DNA from: Octopus sinensis | Taxonomy: Eukaryota | NCBI RefSeq assembly: GCF_006345805.1 | Contig: NC_043013.1 | Coordinates: 24,180,001 to 24,244,000, forward strand | Length of the DNA: 64,000 nt | Reading direction: 5' to 3' | Shown: one piece after another, positions 12,323 through 23,520 of the stretch | How positions within the stretch are numbered: position 1 is the stretch's first letter | Layout: each line of letters opens with the position of its first letter | The notes under the pieces: generated by a model | Database searches by the model: none | Told to the model about the DNA's origin: nothing | The model's input: the letters and a program-made list of their open reading frames with translations, nothing else | Made by a program: the position numbers and the translations under genes

Positions 12323-12910
12323 GGTAATGAAGTTTGTGGGATCGAAGCATCGTGCACGCAATCAATTCAAACACCCAACAGCCAGATAATTCGTATAAAA
12401 CATAATAAAATATAGATCCGACTTACAACGGCTCATGGCCAGGAGATTCACAAAAACTCTACTAACAGTAAATAGTGACTTGTATAACAATTTGATAATT
12501 GTAGCATTGTCCTAAGTCTAGTTTCGTAACGTGAGTCGAACCAGTCGGCTTCTTTCTTTCTATCTTTCTTTCTTTCTTTTACATATTCTTCTCCATATTT
12601 TGGATAGATATTTGTTTGCTAAGACAAATAGTATTCAAATAACTTTTTCTTTCTCCTTCTGATGTTTTTTTTTTCTTCTTGGCTGTCTGATTTTATGTTA
12701 CAGAAACGCTAATTCGTAACATTTTTCTAAGATGTTCTCCATACTCCTTCACCATATTAAATATAATCTTGATGTACTTAAAACAATCATCACTCAAGAT
12801 GATAGATGATAGATATGTGTACTTTGTGATTACCAAAACTAATACAACTTAGCAGTTTAAGAAAAGCCATATACATGAATAAATATCATTCTGTGCATAT
12901 ATTTTCTAAA

Positions 12911-13303
12911 TCTCTCTCTATATAAAACTGAAGTTGTCTGTGTGTCGCAGGTTTGGTAGCCTTCAATTAACACTATCTCCTCCGAGACCCTGCGGTGCAA
13001 GTTGACCAAAATTGAGAGTATGATAGAATAAGGCTTGCTCTTCATTCCGTAGAAGATAAAATTAAAATCGGACCATGTTAAAACCAAAAATTATTTACAT
13101 CAAAAAGGTGCTTTTTTTTCTATGAAAATCCCTATTTTTTACGATTTTTTGACTGCTGTGTCACCATTTTTTGGTGTATTTTAACCAGAAAAATGTTCAC
13201 TTAAAGAGAATAACAAGCTACATAATGCAAAATGTTTACTTTTCAAAAATTCCAATTCTAAAGGGTCGAAACAAACCCGAGCAGCGCTGGGCATTATTGC
13301 TAG
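12911..13303 (+). mobile_element. Non-autonomous Helitron (~393 bp)
   Basis: A|TCTCTCTCTATATAAAACTG 5' end, imperfect hairpin cccgagcagcgctggg, CTAG|T terminus. Confidence 0.8.
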
Positions 13304-13548
13304 TATTCATATAAAGTTTATTGTATGTAGCTCACACATCAAGCAAGTTTGGTTATCCTTTGCTTTATAACATATGGCTGCTGTTTGCTCTTGTCTTGGA
13401 GATGAGAATTGTTGTTTTAAGAAATTGGGAAATCTTGCGTTAATACGGAAGCGGATGAGTTTTAAGTTGGATTAGGAATGACATTCTCTGAGTTGCTGAT
13501 ATGTTTTAATGGAAATGTTTGTGTGTGTAAGTAGCTGAATTGTCATTG
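13298..13548 (+). repeat. ~250-bp direct repeat, copy 2
   Basis: See copy 1. It begins at the last 6 nt of the Helitron. Confidence 0.95.
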
Positions 13549-14033
13549 CCGAATGTTCTCAAGATTGCTATTCGTAAGATTGTTGTCGTAAGATTGTCAT
13601 TCTTGATTGAGTAGGCCTAGAAGCTAAAGAATTTCAGACATGGCCATCTGATTTTGTTTTTGTTAAAGGAGATTTGGTTGCTATTTCTTGCAGATCGATC
13701 GACCTCCAATACAGACCGTTTCGTTGTTTTGGTTATTATAAGATTGACGTGATTATAAGGAAGAGGTGTTGAGATCGTTTCTTGATATAGGTTCGGTATA
13801 GAAAGGGTTACAAGGAGATGTGTCCATCGATGAAATAAATTGGGAGGAGCTTGAGGAAAAGAACACGGCCTTGGGATGCACAGGAGCTGTTGAAGAGAGA
13901 GACAGAGACAGAGACAGAGACAAAAAGAGAGGGTGAGAGAGAGAGAAAGGCAGAAAGCAAGAGAGAGAAAGAGGGGGAGGGGAAGGAGGAAGGGAGAGAG
14001 GGGATGAAAGAGACAGAGAGAAAGAGAGAAAGT

Positions 14034-14095
<62 letters not shown>

Positions 14096-14724
14096 TTATT
14101 AGTGCCATTAATATTCATGATAACAAAGTGATCGAAAAGGAAATCAAAACTGAAGCTAATCAGACGAGAAGTGGCATGATGGCCGGCTGGCTGGCTGGCT
14201 GCCAATTTTGCTGGGAAACGTTCAAGCCATCGGTCAGTGTTTGTCTTTTGTATTGGAAACGAAGCTGTTACATCATTTATTATGTATACAATATTTTCAT
14301 GAAACACACCGATACACAAGCACACACATACACACACACGCTTCCTTTCTCAATTGACACAAATTACAAAGCATAAAACTTGAATATTTTAGTTTCCGGT
14401 TACCAAATCCACTGACCAGGCTTTGGCGGTCCGAAGCTAGAGGAGAAGGTGCTACCAGGGCCGGATTTATAAAGGGTGGAGGGAAAATTGCCCCAGGCCC
14501 CCTCTACATCAGCGGTCTCTGCTACGAAGGGTATGGATTACTCAAAACAGAGAAGCCCCCATCTCCCTGCAATCTTGCATGAAGGGCCTCTCTTTCGATA
14601 TACAAACATATCTTAAACAATGTAATGGATTCTTTTTCGATAAATAAACATTTCTCCATGTTAGCGACACCAATTCATTCAATTAAAAAACAGTTTGCTA
14701 CCCAGTCCTGAAAACAGCACATCA

Positions 14725-14770
14725 TCTCTGATGAAGGGATATCCCTAATATCCCAGAAACAGCTGTAAGA
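14725..14770 (+). ncRNA. Minimal type-I hammerhead ribozyme motif (Penelope-like remnant)
   Basis: tct-CTGATGA-a-gggatat(cccta)atatccc-a-GAAA-cagctg-TA-aga: 3-bp stem I, 7-bp stem II, palindromic stem III, GUA cleavage site. Confidence 0.6.
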
Positions 14771-15517
14771 CTAACTTTCTCGTCATAAATGTCCTGAAAA
14801 TTCCACACAGCCTTGGCTTTGTTGTCTCATTTTATTTAACACACATACACACACACACATATATATATACACTCACACACACACACACATACATACATAC
14901 ATACATACATACATACATACATACATACATACATACATACATACATACAAACATACATACATACATAGTGTAATGATGGTAAGATCAACAAAATAAGTAC
15001 TCTATCTAGTGCGAGATAAATATTTAATAAACACAATGGATGTTTTTATGTGCTACTATTAGCTTCATGTACTGAAAGCATGCCAAACTGTTTTTTAACA
15101 CGTCTGATGTCCTAGCACAATCATCAGACATTGTACACACGGCAAAAGGAACTAAAATGGGACGATAGGATGAGAGAATAAGTGAGAAATAAGTAGATAT
15201 AAAAGGTGGAAGGTCAAGAAACCGGAAAACGAAAAAGAAATATACTGTTTTGCAAGATTTCTTCTTGGCCTTCGTATATCTAAATGGCAAATTAAGGTAT
15301 ACAGCTTCATACTAATAGAAGATCCAGAACAGATATCAGACGCAAAAAGAAACAAATACACAATACAGTGAAAACGTATTAGATATAACCGTTAGTAGAT
15401 ATGGATGTATAAATGCCCACACCTATGTGGTTTGGCATACGTAAACTCGCTCGTACAAACGCCCAAGCACATAAAAGCATATGAAACAGTTTATTTTATC
15501 GAGATACTATTTGAAAT

Positions 15518-15620
15518 CATCTGAGGAGACAGATCTACAGTAACGGATACACCTAAACCAGATGTTCAGTATCCCACCCATGAGAGAACGATGCTAGATG
15601 GTTCGAAACAATTGTAAATT
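15518..15620 (+). ncRNA. Degenerate hammerhead motif (Penelope-like remnant)
   Basis: CTGAGGA 15521-15527 ... GAAA 15605-15608, caattg, TA. Stem II is partly paired (atcta/tagat); stem I is mostly lost. Confidence 0.35.
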
Positions 15621-15693
15621 GTAGTGATCAATAAAGATTCTCATATCTTCCATCTTATGTCTCTCTCGTTAACCAAATATAAATATATATAAC

Positions 15694-16020
15694 TGTAAAG
15701 CCAGTCGCCACTTCAAAGTGGCTATTGAATGTTACTACTTGTTTAACCCCAGGCAGATTCTCCACTAGCTGGTTATCGGTGTAACTGTACCCTTTATATT
15801 CAATATGCTGTTAGTAGGGGCAGCGAACCCCTACCATCCTCTGGCAGGTATCAGGATCGTGAGACTGATTCAGTTTCGAGCTATCTGGCTCATCCCCTGT
15901 CGTGAGCACTTGTATGCCAGAGCGATAGCCAGTCCGCTAACAATAACAATATATTGTAAACAAAGTGACCATTGGTTACTGATTTGCAACAGCCACTTTG
16001 AAGTGGCGACTGGCTTTACA
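15694..16020. mobile_element. MITE-like element (327 bp) with perfect 30-bp TIRs and TGT...ACA termini
   Basis: tgtaaagccagtcgccacttcaaagtggct (15694-15723) is the exact reverse complement of 15991-16020. No matching TSD. Confidence 0.7.
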
Positions 16021-16269
16021 ATTTAGTATAGTTACTACTCTGGTCCCTTTATGAGATTTTACAACTAGCTAGTTTACCTCTCTCTATATATTTGAATGTA
16101 TGTGTGTGTATGTGTGTTTGAAAAGGGGTTAAAAGTCCATACAAATCAAAAATTATGGTTAAAAAGTCATTAAAGTTAGAAAAAGCACAAAAGTATATTT
16201 GAGAGAATGTTTGATATTTTCATTACAGTGAGTGATTTAAAATATAACCGGTCTCAATATATCTATCTT

Positions 16270-17486
16270 TTTGGAATATCGATAAGTTCGCAGACAAGTT
16301 ATATTTAATAAAAAATAACTTATTTACCTACATTTTGGACACCACCTCCTTTGAAATAGTTACCTTGCGCAAGAATACACTGGTCCCAGTCACTTTTGGG
16401 ATCCAACCTCGAAGTCGTTTTCTGTAAGCGAATCGAGGACATTTTGCAATTCGCTCTTAATTTCGACAACGGTGTTAAAACGGCAACCTCTGAGCTACAT
16501 TTTCATCTTGGGGAAGAGATGGAAGGTCACAGGTGCTCAATCTGGGGAAAAAGACGGGTGCAGAAGAGGGGATACTATGTTTTTTGTTTTTTTTGCAAGA
16601 AACTAGTGACAGGGTGCATTGTTGTTGTGAAGAATCTCCACAGATCCGCTCGCTTTTGCCAAATCTCCTCTTTCATATGCTTCGAAACATCGATGTAGTA
16701 TTCTTCATTGATGGTCTGGCCTTGGGGGATGAATTCTCGATGCACAGTACAATGGATGTCGGAAAAAAAAAACCGATAAGAATGCTCTTGATTGAGCTGC
16801 AGCTCTGTGGTGCCTTCTTTGGTCGTGGAGATGAAGGGCTCTTCCATTGTGACGACTGCTGCTTCATCTCAGGGGCATATCCGTAGACCAAACTCCTGTC
16901 ACTGGTGATAATCCTCGACATGAAGGATGGGTCATCAGCGGTATGCAGATGGAGGTCTTGACAGACTTCGACGCGTGGTCAGTGGTAGTGGACAAACTTG
17001 GAAGAGACATGCTGCATGTTCAGTTCAGACATTAGGATTGCCTGCATGGACCCATACGACAGACCAACAACATCAGCAATGTCGTTGATTGTCCTCCAAC
17101 GATCCTCATGCACAAGTGGATGAATTTTCTCCACATTTCTGGAGGTGACACTCATGGCAGGTCTTCAAAATCGCTCATCGTCTTCCAGGGATATTCTTCT
17201 GCTTTTGAAGCACCCATACTACTTGGAACATTGCATACGACCCATTGCCTCATCACCATAAGCTCAATGTCTCTGTAGCAGACGACTTCCCAAGTTTAAC
17301 GCAAAATTTCACATTGGCTCTTTGTTTCTGTCCACGACAAAATCATAGACTACAGTCGACATGTGTGATCACAAAAACACAAATTTCACAACTTGCAATG
17401 TAAACACAACAATGTCACTTGGCACACTGCCTTATGAAGGTCACTGCTAGCTCTTACTCTGCATGCTGCCATCTACTTTTTGATAC

Positions 17487-17490
<4 letters not shown>
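16270..17490 (-). mobile_element. Degenerate mariner (DD34D) transposon
   Basis: QRANVKFCVKLGKS, SRIITSDRSLVYGYAPEMKQQSSQWKSPSSPRPKK, VHREFIPQGQTINEEYY, WDQCILAQGNYFKG; frameshifts. Confidence 0.9.
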
Positions 17491-17541
<51 letters not shown>

Positions 17542-17569
17542 AAAAAAGCAGCAAGAATGGATTAAAATC

Positions 17570-17653
17570 TCGGTACGATCGTTTCGTACGAGGACATCTT
17601 TAATAAGCTACAAAAAATGCAGTGAATACAGATGGCTCGTACTCGTCAGCCGA
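17570..17653 (-). ncRNA. Type-I hammerhead ribozyme (mirror copy)
   Basis: Exact reverse complement of 17851-17934. Confidence 0.85.
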
Positions 17654-17850
17654 AAAAATATCAGAGAATTCCCAAACATCAAAAGGGGTAGATACAAAAG
17701 AGGTTGTAAGATTAACTGCATTGAAGAAAGTTCGATTCATGGAGATCCGATGAAAGGTTCTCCATGAATCGAACTTTCTTCAATGCAGTTAATCTTACAA
17801 CCTCTTTTGTATCTACCCCTTTTGATGTTTGGGAATTCTCTGATATTTTT

Positions 17851-17934
17851 TCGGCTGACGAGTACGAGCCATCTGTATTCACTGCATTTTTTGTAGCTTA
17901 TTAAAGATGTCCTCGTACGAAACGATCGTACCGA
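17851..17934 (+). ncRNA. Type-I hammerhead ribozyme, intact core
   Basis: tcgg-CTGACGA-gtacgag...ctcgtac-GAAA-cgatcg-TA-ccga. Stem I tcgg/ccga (extendable), stem II 7 bp plus catct/agatg, palindromic stem III, GUA cleavage predicted after 17930. Confidence 0.85.
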
Positions 17935-18083
17935 GATTTTAATCCATTCTTGCTGCTTTTTTCCTATTTGTAATCACCCCACTTGTCGTATGGTTAACAC
18001 CATATAGATTTCCGGTGCATCCTAGTTAAGGACCATATTCATGTGAATTCTTTAGAATTTACTAGAATCTCAATTACTTAACC

Positions 18084-18139
<56 letters not shown>

Positions 18140-18140
<1 letters not shown>

Positions 18141-18368
18141 CATCATCATCATCATCATTTAACATCCGCTTTCCATGCTAGCATGGGTTGGATGATTTGA
18201 CTGAGGACTGGCGAACCAGATGGCTGCACCAGGCTCCAACCTGATCTGGCCGAGTTTCTACAACTGGATGCCCTTCCTAATGCCAACCACTCCGAGAGTG
18301 TAGTGGGTGCTTTTACGCGCCACCGACACGAGGGCCAGTCAGGCGGTACTGGCAATGGCCACGCTCAA
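18140..18368 (-). mobile_element. SINE family C with (GAT)n tail (RTE-like 3' end), truncated
   Basis: (cat)n-ttaacatccgctttccatgctagcatgggttgg..., shared with 22076, 38594 and 47585. Confidence 0.8.
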
Positions 18369-18707
18369 ATATATATACACACACAAGCATACATACACCT
18401 ACATGTACTCATGCATACACACAAAGATATATACATGTATGCACAATGAAATTGAAGTTTGCATTATTGTGATATTAAATATAATTTTAATTTTTATAAT
18501 TCTAATTTTTGTAACCAAATATAATTTTCTTTTATAAAAAGAAACAGATATATATAAAGAGAAAATATATATTAAAAAAATAAAAAACAGAAAAAGAGAA
18601 AAGATAAAGGAAAAAAGAGAGAAAAGAATATCTATGTGCATGTTTGTGTAAGTGAACATATGTATATCTATATGTTTGCGTATATATGTGTGTGTGTGTA
18701 TGTCTCT

Positions 18708-19548
18708 TGTGAAAGGTAGAAGAGTCCAGCTTGCTGGACATTGTTGTAGAGCTGAAAACGAGGTAATTTCTACTCTTCTCCTCTGGAAGCCATCTGCTCG
18801 CGATACCAGAGGGTGCACACTCTCCTACCCTGATGTAATCTCCAGGGATACAGGCATCTAGCAACAGGATTTCCATAATGCTACGATGGACCGTGAAGTC
18901 TGGCGTAGCATAGTAAATTCCATTGTCTTGTATTCCATTGTCAACGCCCTCTCGCGAATACACGAAGTCCGAAAGAGGGAATTTTGCTGACGTGGCCTTA
19001 GCTGACGTGGCCTTGCTGACATGGCCTTAGCAAGGGAGCGCGAGCCTTAACAAAGAGGCAAGGGAGCGTGAGCCTTAACAAAGAGGCAAGGGAGCGTAAA
19101 GGTTGACCATTAGCGTCCGACAGACAGCGGCAGGCATTTCACCAAAGCAGACGTTTAATTCGCTCTCTCTCCGGTTTTGATAGCAGCAGTCTTTTGGCCG
19201 AAGACTTTTAACCTGAATTGTTGCAGACATCATCTTCTTCCTCCTTGACGCCATTTTGACCCGTTCTGTTTTTTGCAGCTGAACATTGTAAATATTACAA
19301 TCGATTAACTTTCAGCCTTGCGCGCCCAGAACCAAGGACATCAGATATACCACTGATTTCTCACCGGTATAAAACAATAAAGTATATCTATTTTTTACGT
19401 CTGCGTTTTGTGTTTCTTTGACTGGTAGAGTCTGGATATAAAAGCAACGGAAAGTGATTGCACCAACTTGCACCCCAAAAGTGCAAGAGGAGATATTCAC
19501 ATAACCCTTACAGTCTCAACCACGGTCGAACAATGATGACAATGATGT
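18708..19548 (+). mobile_element. 3' end of an RTE-clade LINE, split by a solo LTR
   Basis: VKGRRVQLAGHC...TLSYPDVISRDTGI*...MDREVWRSIVNSIV (to 18928) resumes as STTVEQ** plus (tga)n at 19514-19548. Confidence 0.75.
18929..19513 (+). mobile_element. Solo LTR (585 bp), probably Gypsy-type
   Basis: TGTA...TACA termini, exact 4-bp TSD GTCT (18925-18928, 19514-19517), internal short tandem repeats, AATAAA at ~19375 (orientation inferred from this). Confidence 0.85.
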
Positions 19549-19882
19549 ATGTCTGCATAAATGTGTGTATATTGTTCTCTTTCCTTCCCTGGGGCTATTT
19601 GTGACACTCCTGATTAATATAGAAGCTTCATCCAAATTTATTTTTTTATTATAAAAATTTTCCTCTGTCTGTCAATTTCTCTGATAAGAAATTCCTTACA
19701 TGTCTATAGAACATGTAAATCTTTGTAATTCCTATTAGCAAATGAAACACGTGTAATGGAGAAAAATAATGCCCAAAAATGTTCATTATCCTGTTTTGTT
19801 ATTCAAGAACCCTGCAAATAATATTTCCATAATTCTTAATTTTAATGTGCTTTGATTTACAAACCTATATAATTATACACGT

Positions 19883-19930
<48 letters not shown>

Positions 19931-19931
19931 G

Positions 19932-19967
<36 letters not shown>

Positions 19968-20401
19968 CTCTCTCTCTCTCTCTCTCTCAAGCATTTGTTA
20001 TATCCCGTTGTGTTTTGTATTTCTCTGCCCTGAGGTGTCATACTGTACTTTACGATTTTATCTTCTGCTGCTTTTGTATTTCACTCACCTGTTTGATATG
20101 TACTCTACTTCATTGCTCCATGCTTCAATGCATTTCTAATCCTCTTGCATTTTATATTAATAATCAATACGATCATTTCCGTTCCCCTTTGAAGTTCACA
20201 ATGACAATACCTCCTCCTCATCCTTGTCGATGTTGTTATAATTGTTAAAACTAACAACATCAATTATTTTCACTTGTAATCACTTAACTTCACCTTTCTT
20301 CTATACATCTAGTAACCATTCGTGTTACATATTATTATCAATTTCTATTTGTTTTTTTTTCTATTTCATTCTAGGAGCAGCATTTTCAATTTGTTGTCAA
20401 A

Positions 20402-21491
20402 ATGTTTCGAGCCTGTTGCCGTCTGCGCTATTATTTGCGCCTCAGGTGCACAACATGTAATATCATTATCCTTCTCGTTTTACTCTCTGGTTCGCAAGTA
20501 TGGATTTGGTGTAGGCGGCAACAGGTAAATCCGGAAACAACAGACATAGATGAGTTCCCTATGGATCACGTAAAACATGGACGGGAAAGAATGGCCGAAC
20601 ATATTGCTGGTTTGTCCGCTTATTCCTACCAAATGCGTCCGGTAAACTGTGGTCAAGTTTTTAAAGGTGATAAAGAAGAAATAAAACGATCATCAAAGAT
20701 TGGAACTAATTCGAAATATTACCGTAAATATTTCTTACAAGAATTTAAAAGTTGCAAAGTTATCCGTGAGTCATCTAAATACATTTTCAATGTTTCTGAA
20801 GAGGAGAAACAGTTTCCTATTGCTTTCAGTATTCTTTTATATAAAGACTTTTTCCAAGTGGAGCGTTTATTACGAGCTATATATCGACCAAGTAATATAT
20901 ATTGCCTTCACATCGATGCCAAGTCATCAAAAAGTCTTCACGACAATATCAGGCGTTTAGCAGCTTGTTTTGACAATGTCTTCATTGCTTCAAAACTTGA
21001 AGATGTTATATATTCTGGTTTTTCTCGTCTACAGGCAGATTTAAATTGTATGTCGGATCTCCTAAAAACTAACATCAGCTGGAAATACTTCATCAACCTT
21101 CCTGGTCAAACATATCCCTTGAGAACAAATCTAGAGCTAGTGAAGATTCTAAAAATCTACAATGGTTCAAATGATATTGAAGGCATAACTGGGGCACGTA
21201 TGTTGACTGGCCGTTTCAAATATGTTTATAAAATTGCTGATGTTAAAGGAAAAAAGACATTAGAAAATACATACAAGAAAAAACTTCCACCGCCCCATAA
21301 TATAAGTATAGTAAAAGGAAGTGCTTACGGTGTTTTTTCTAGAAATTTCGTGAAATTTGTAATATCAGACCAACGAGTACAAGACTTTGTGAAATGGCTT
21401 GAAGATATTAACAGCCCAGATGAATACATTTGGGCAACATTACATCATACTAAGTTAAATCAACATTTGAACACACCTGGTGGCTACAAAG
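20402..21491 (+). CDS. GCNT1: Core-2/I-branching beta-1,6-N-acetylglucosaminyltransferase (GCNT1-like, GT14), coding exon 1
   Basis: Type II TM segment IIILLVLLSGSQVWIW; motifs FPIAFSILLYKD...ERLLRAIYRPSNIYCLHIDAKS, SRLQADLNCMSDLL, WKYFINL, KGSAY, SPDEYIWATL. Donor AAAG|gtgagc (phase 1). An acceptor ctag| at 20374 lies upstream of the ATG. Paralog assignment within the GCNT family is uncertain. Confidence 0.93.
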
Positions 21492-21528
21492 GTGAGCATA
21501 TCTTTGTCATTCAATTCTCTCTCTCATG

Positions 21529-21601
<73 letters not shown>

Positions 21602-21634
21602 ATCTATCTATCTATCTATCTCTATCTATCTATC

Positions 21635-21682
<48 letters not shown>
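21529..21682. repeat. (TCTA)n microsatellite in the GCNT intron
   Basis: Direct reading. Confidence 0.95.
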
Positions 21683-21684
<2 letters not shown>

Positions 21685-22075
21685 CCTTTGTCTGTCTCTC
21701 TATCTATCTATGTCTGTCTGTCAGCGTGTTTGTGTTGTGCATGCATGAGTGCATACAGATACGCTTATTGAAGCAGAAACATTTTTGTAGTTGTCCAGAA
21801 AAAAAAACTGAAATGTCTTTTTGAAGGTAATTGCAAGAGAAGTTTAAATTTGTTGTGTTTGCTTCCCCTTCTTATTCTAAATCAACCGCAGTCGTCTTTA
21901 GATGTTTGTCATTGTACATTGCGCATGGCCGTAATTGTTTGCTATGTTTTTAATGTGTGTGTCATCAATATCTCATATTGGACTGGATTATTGATGCAAA
22001 GAACATGTATTCACAGATAATAGATTAGTTTACAGGCAAAAACTTGCAGATACAATGGCTGATGAAATAGATAAA

Positions 22076-22455
22076 CACATTGGTTAAAATCATCATCATC
22101 ATTGTTTAACGTCCGCTTTCCATGCTAGCATGGGTTGGATGATTTGACTGAGGACTGGCGAACCAGATGGCTGCGCCAGGCTCCAATCTGATCTGGCAGA
22201 GTTTCTACAGCTGGATGCCCTTCCTAACGCCAACCACTACGAGAGTGTAGTGGGTGCTTTTAAAGTGCCACCGGCACGAGGGCCAGTCTGACGGTACTGG
22301 CAACGCCCACGCTCGAAAATGGTGTTTTTTACGTGCCACCTGCACAGGAGTCAGTCCAGCAGCACTGGCAACGGCCTCGCTCAAATGTTTTGTTCACGTG
22401 CCAGTGAGGCGACGCTGACGACGATCACGCTCAAATGGTGCTCTTTACGTGCCAG
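22076..22455 (-). mobile_element. SINE family C copy
   Basis: Same sequence as 18140, with ~3 internal repeat units. Confidence 0.8.
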
Positions 22456-22689
22456 ACAGCTAACTGATACATTGACTGATACACTGGTGAATAGACTGAC
22501 TATTTGATTAATACTTTTACTAATTAATGTACTGAAAGCTGGGCAGCTTCATTATTAGTTGGCATGCGCACATGCACACACACAAAAACATTTATATATA
22601 TCTATATATATGTGTGTGCTTGTATGTCTGTGGATATCTACTCTCACACAAACAAAAGGATTTATAAAATCAATATTCACAATATTGAT

Positions 22690-23520
22690 TGATTTTCTGA
22701 TATAAACAAGCTAGACCCAAATAATACTTGATTCTCCTTAGTTAAGCCATTCCAGTAATGGTCATTTCATTGGTCATCTCTGCCAAACATTTAGGAATTT
22801 ATGGAAAAGTTCATTACAGGGTTGTCCTTCTTTCCTTAAACCTTTTTTTATTATCCCAGAAATGGGTTTTAGTGAAGAAATGGTTAAAATAAATAATAAT
22901 TTTTTGCAAGAATTCCAGGCTTGGATATTATGAATTACGAATCTGTGGAAAGATGATATGACATTCCTCCTCCAGTGAAACTATTTGGATTAGTTTTACT
23001 TTTGTTGAAGATGCAATATCTTTTAGAGGACCAACAGCTTTAAAGCTTTTGGGTTTGCTTTTTTACCTGACAAAGAGACTTCCAGATATTTATTGGAGTC
23101 TCATAGTGATTCTCAGGCTTGAGCTGTTTCTTTCCATTTGTGTCTTTAAAAAACTTTTGGAAATTATTCGTATCTCATTTCTTAACATTCCTCTTCCCAA
23201 ATGGTCTCATATTTTTGCTTTCCTTTCTCTCCCTTTAAAAAGTTTATGAAATCCTTAAATTTCATCATAAAATACAGTTTTTTGAAGAGATTTATCTAAA
23301 GTTGATAGTTTAATGATCTACCAGTCTGTTAAGCTTAGTTCTTATCTGCAGTTTATGCCATTCAGCTGCAAAAAGGTGGAAGAGGCCAGAATTCAAGGAA
23401 TCACTTGTCAAGAATACAATACAACATAAAAATTAGACCTTCCTACAATCCCTAGTTGACTTGGCCATTTAAATCTTATTGTTGAGAACAGGTTGACAGA
23501 CAAGAGACTAATGTTTGATA
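22690..23520 (-). mobile_element. Highly degenerate LINE-like remnant in the GCNT intron
   Basis: Weak RLE-LINE-like peptide PLLEWLN*G (compare PLPEWLTKG). Low support. Confidence 0.25.

Larger units (their letters stand above)
17537..18084. mobile_element. Penelope-like terminal fold-back unit within (TA)n: perfect palindrome (arms 17537-17745 / 17759-17967) plus 117-bp extension
   Basis: 209-bp arms are exact reverse complements around a 13-nt loop. (TA)n lies on both sides, and each arm encodes a hammerhead. Confidence 0.8.

Noticed and set aside
21492-21748. C-terminal 85 aa of the 448-aa ORF-track protein
   Set aside because: Read-through into the intron and (TCTA)n repeat; the true C-terminus is exon 24916-25187.
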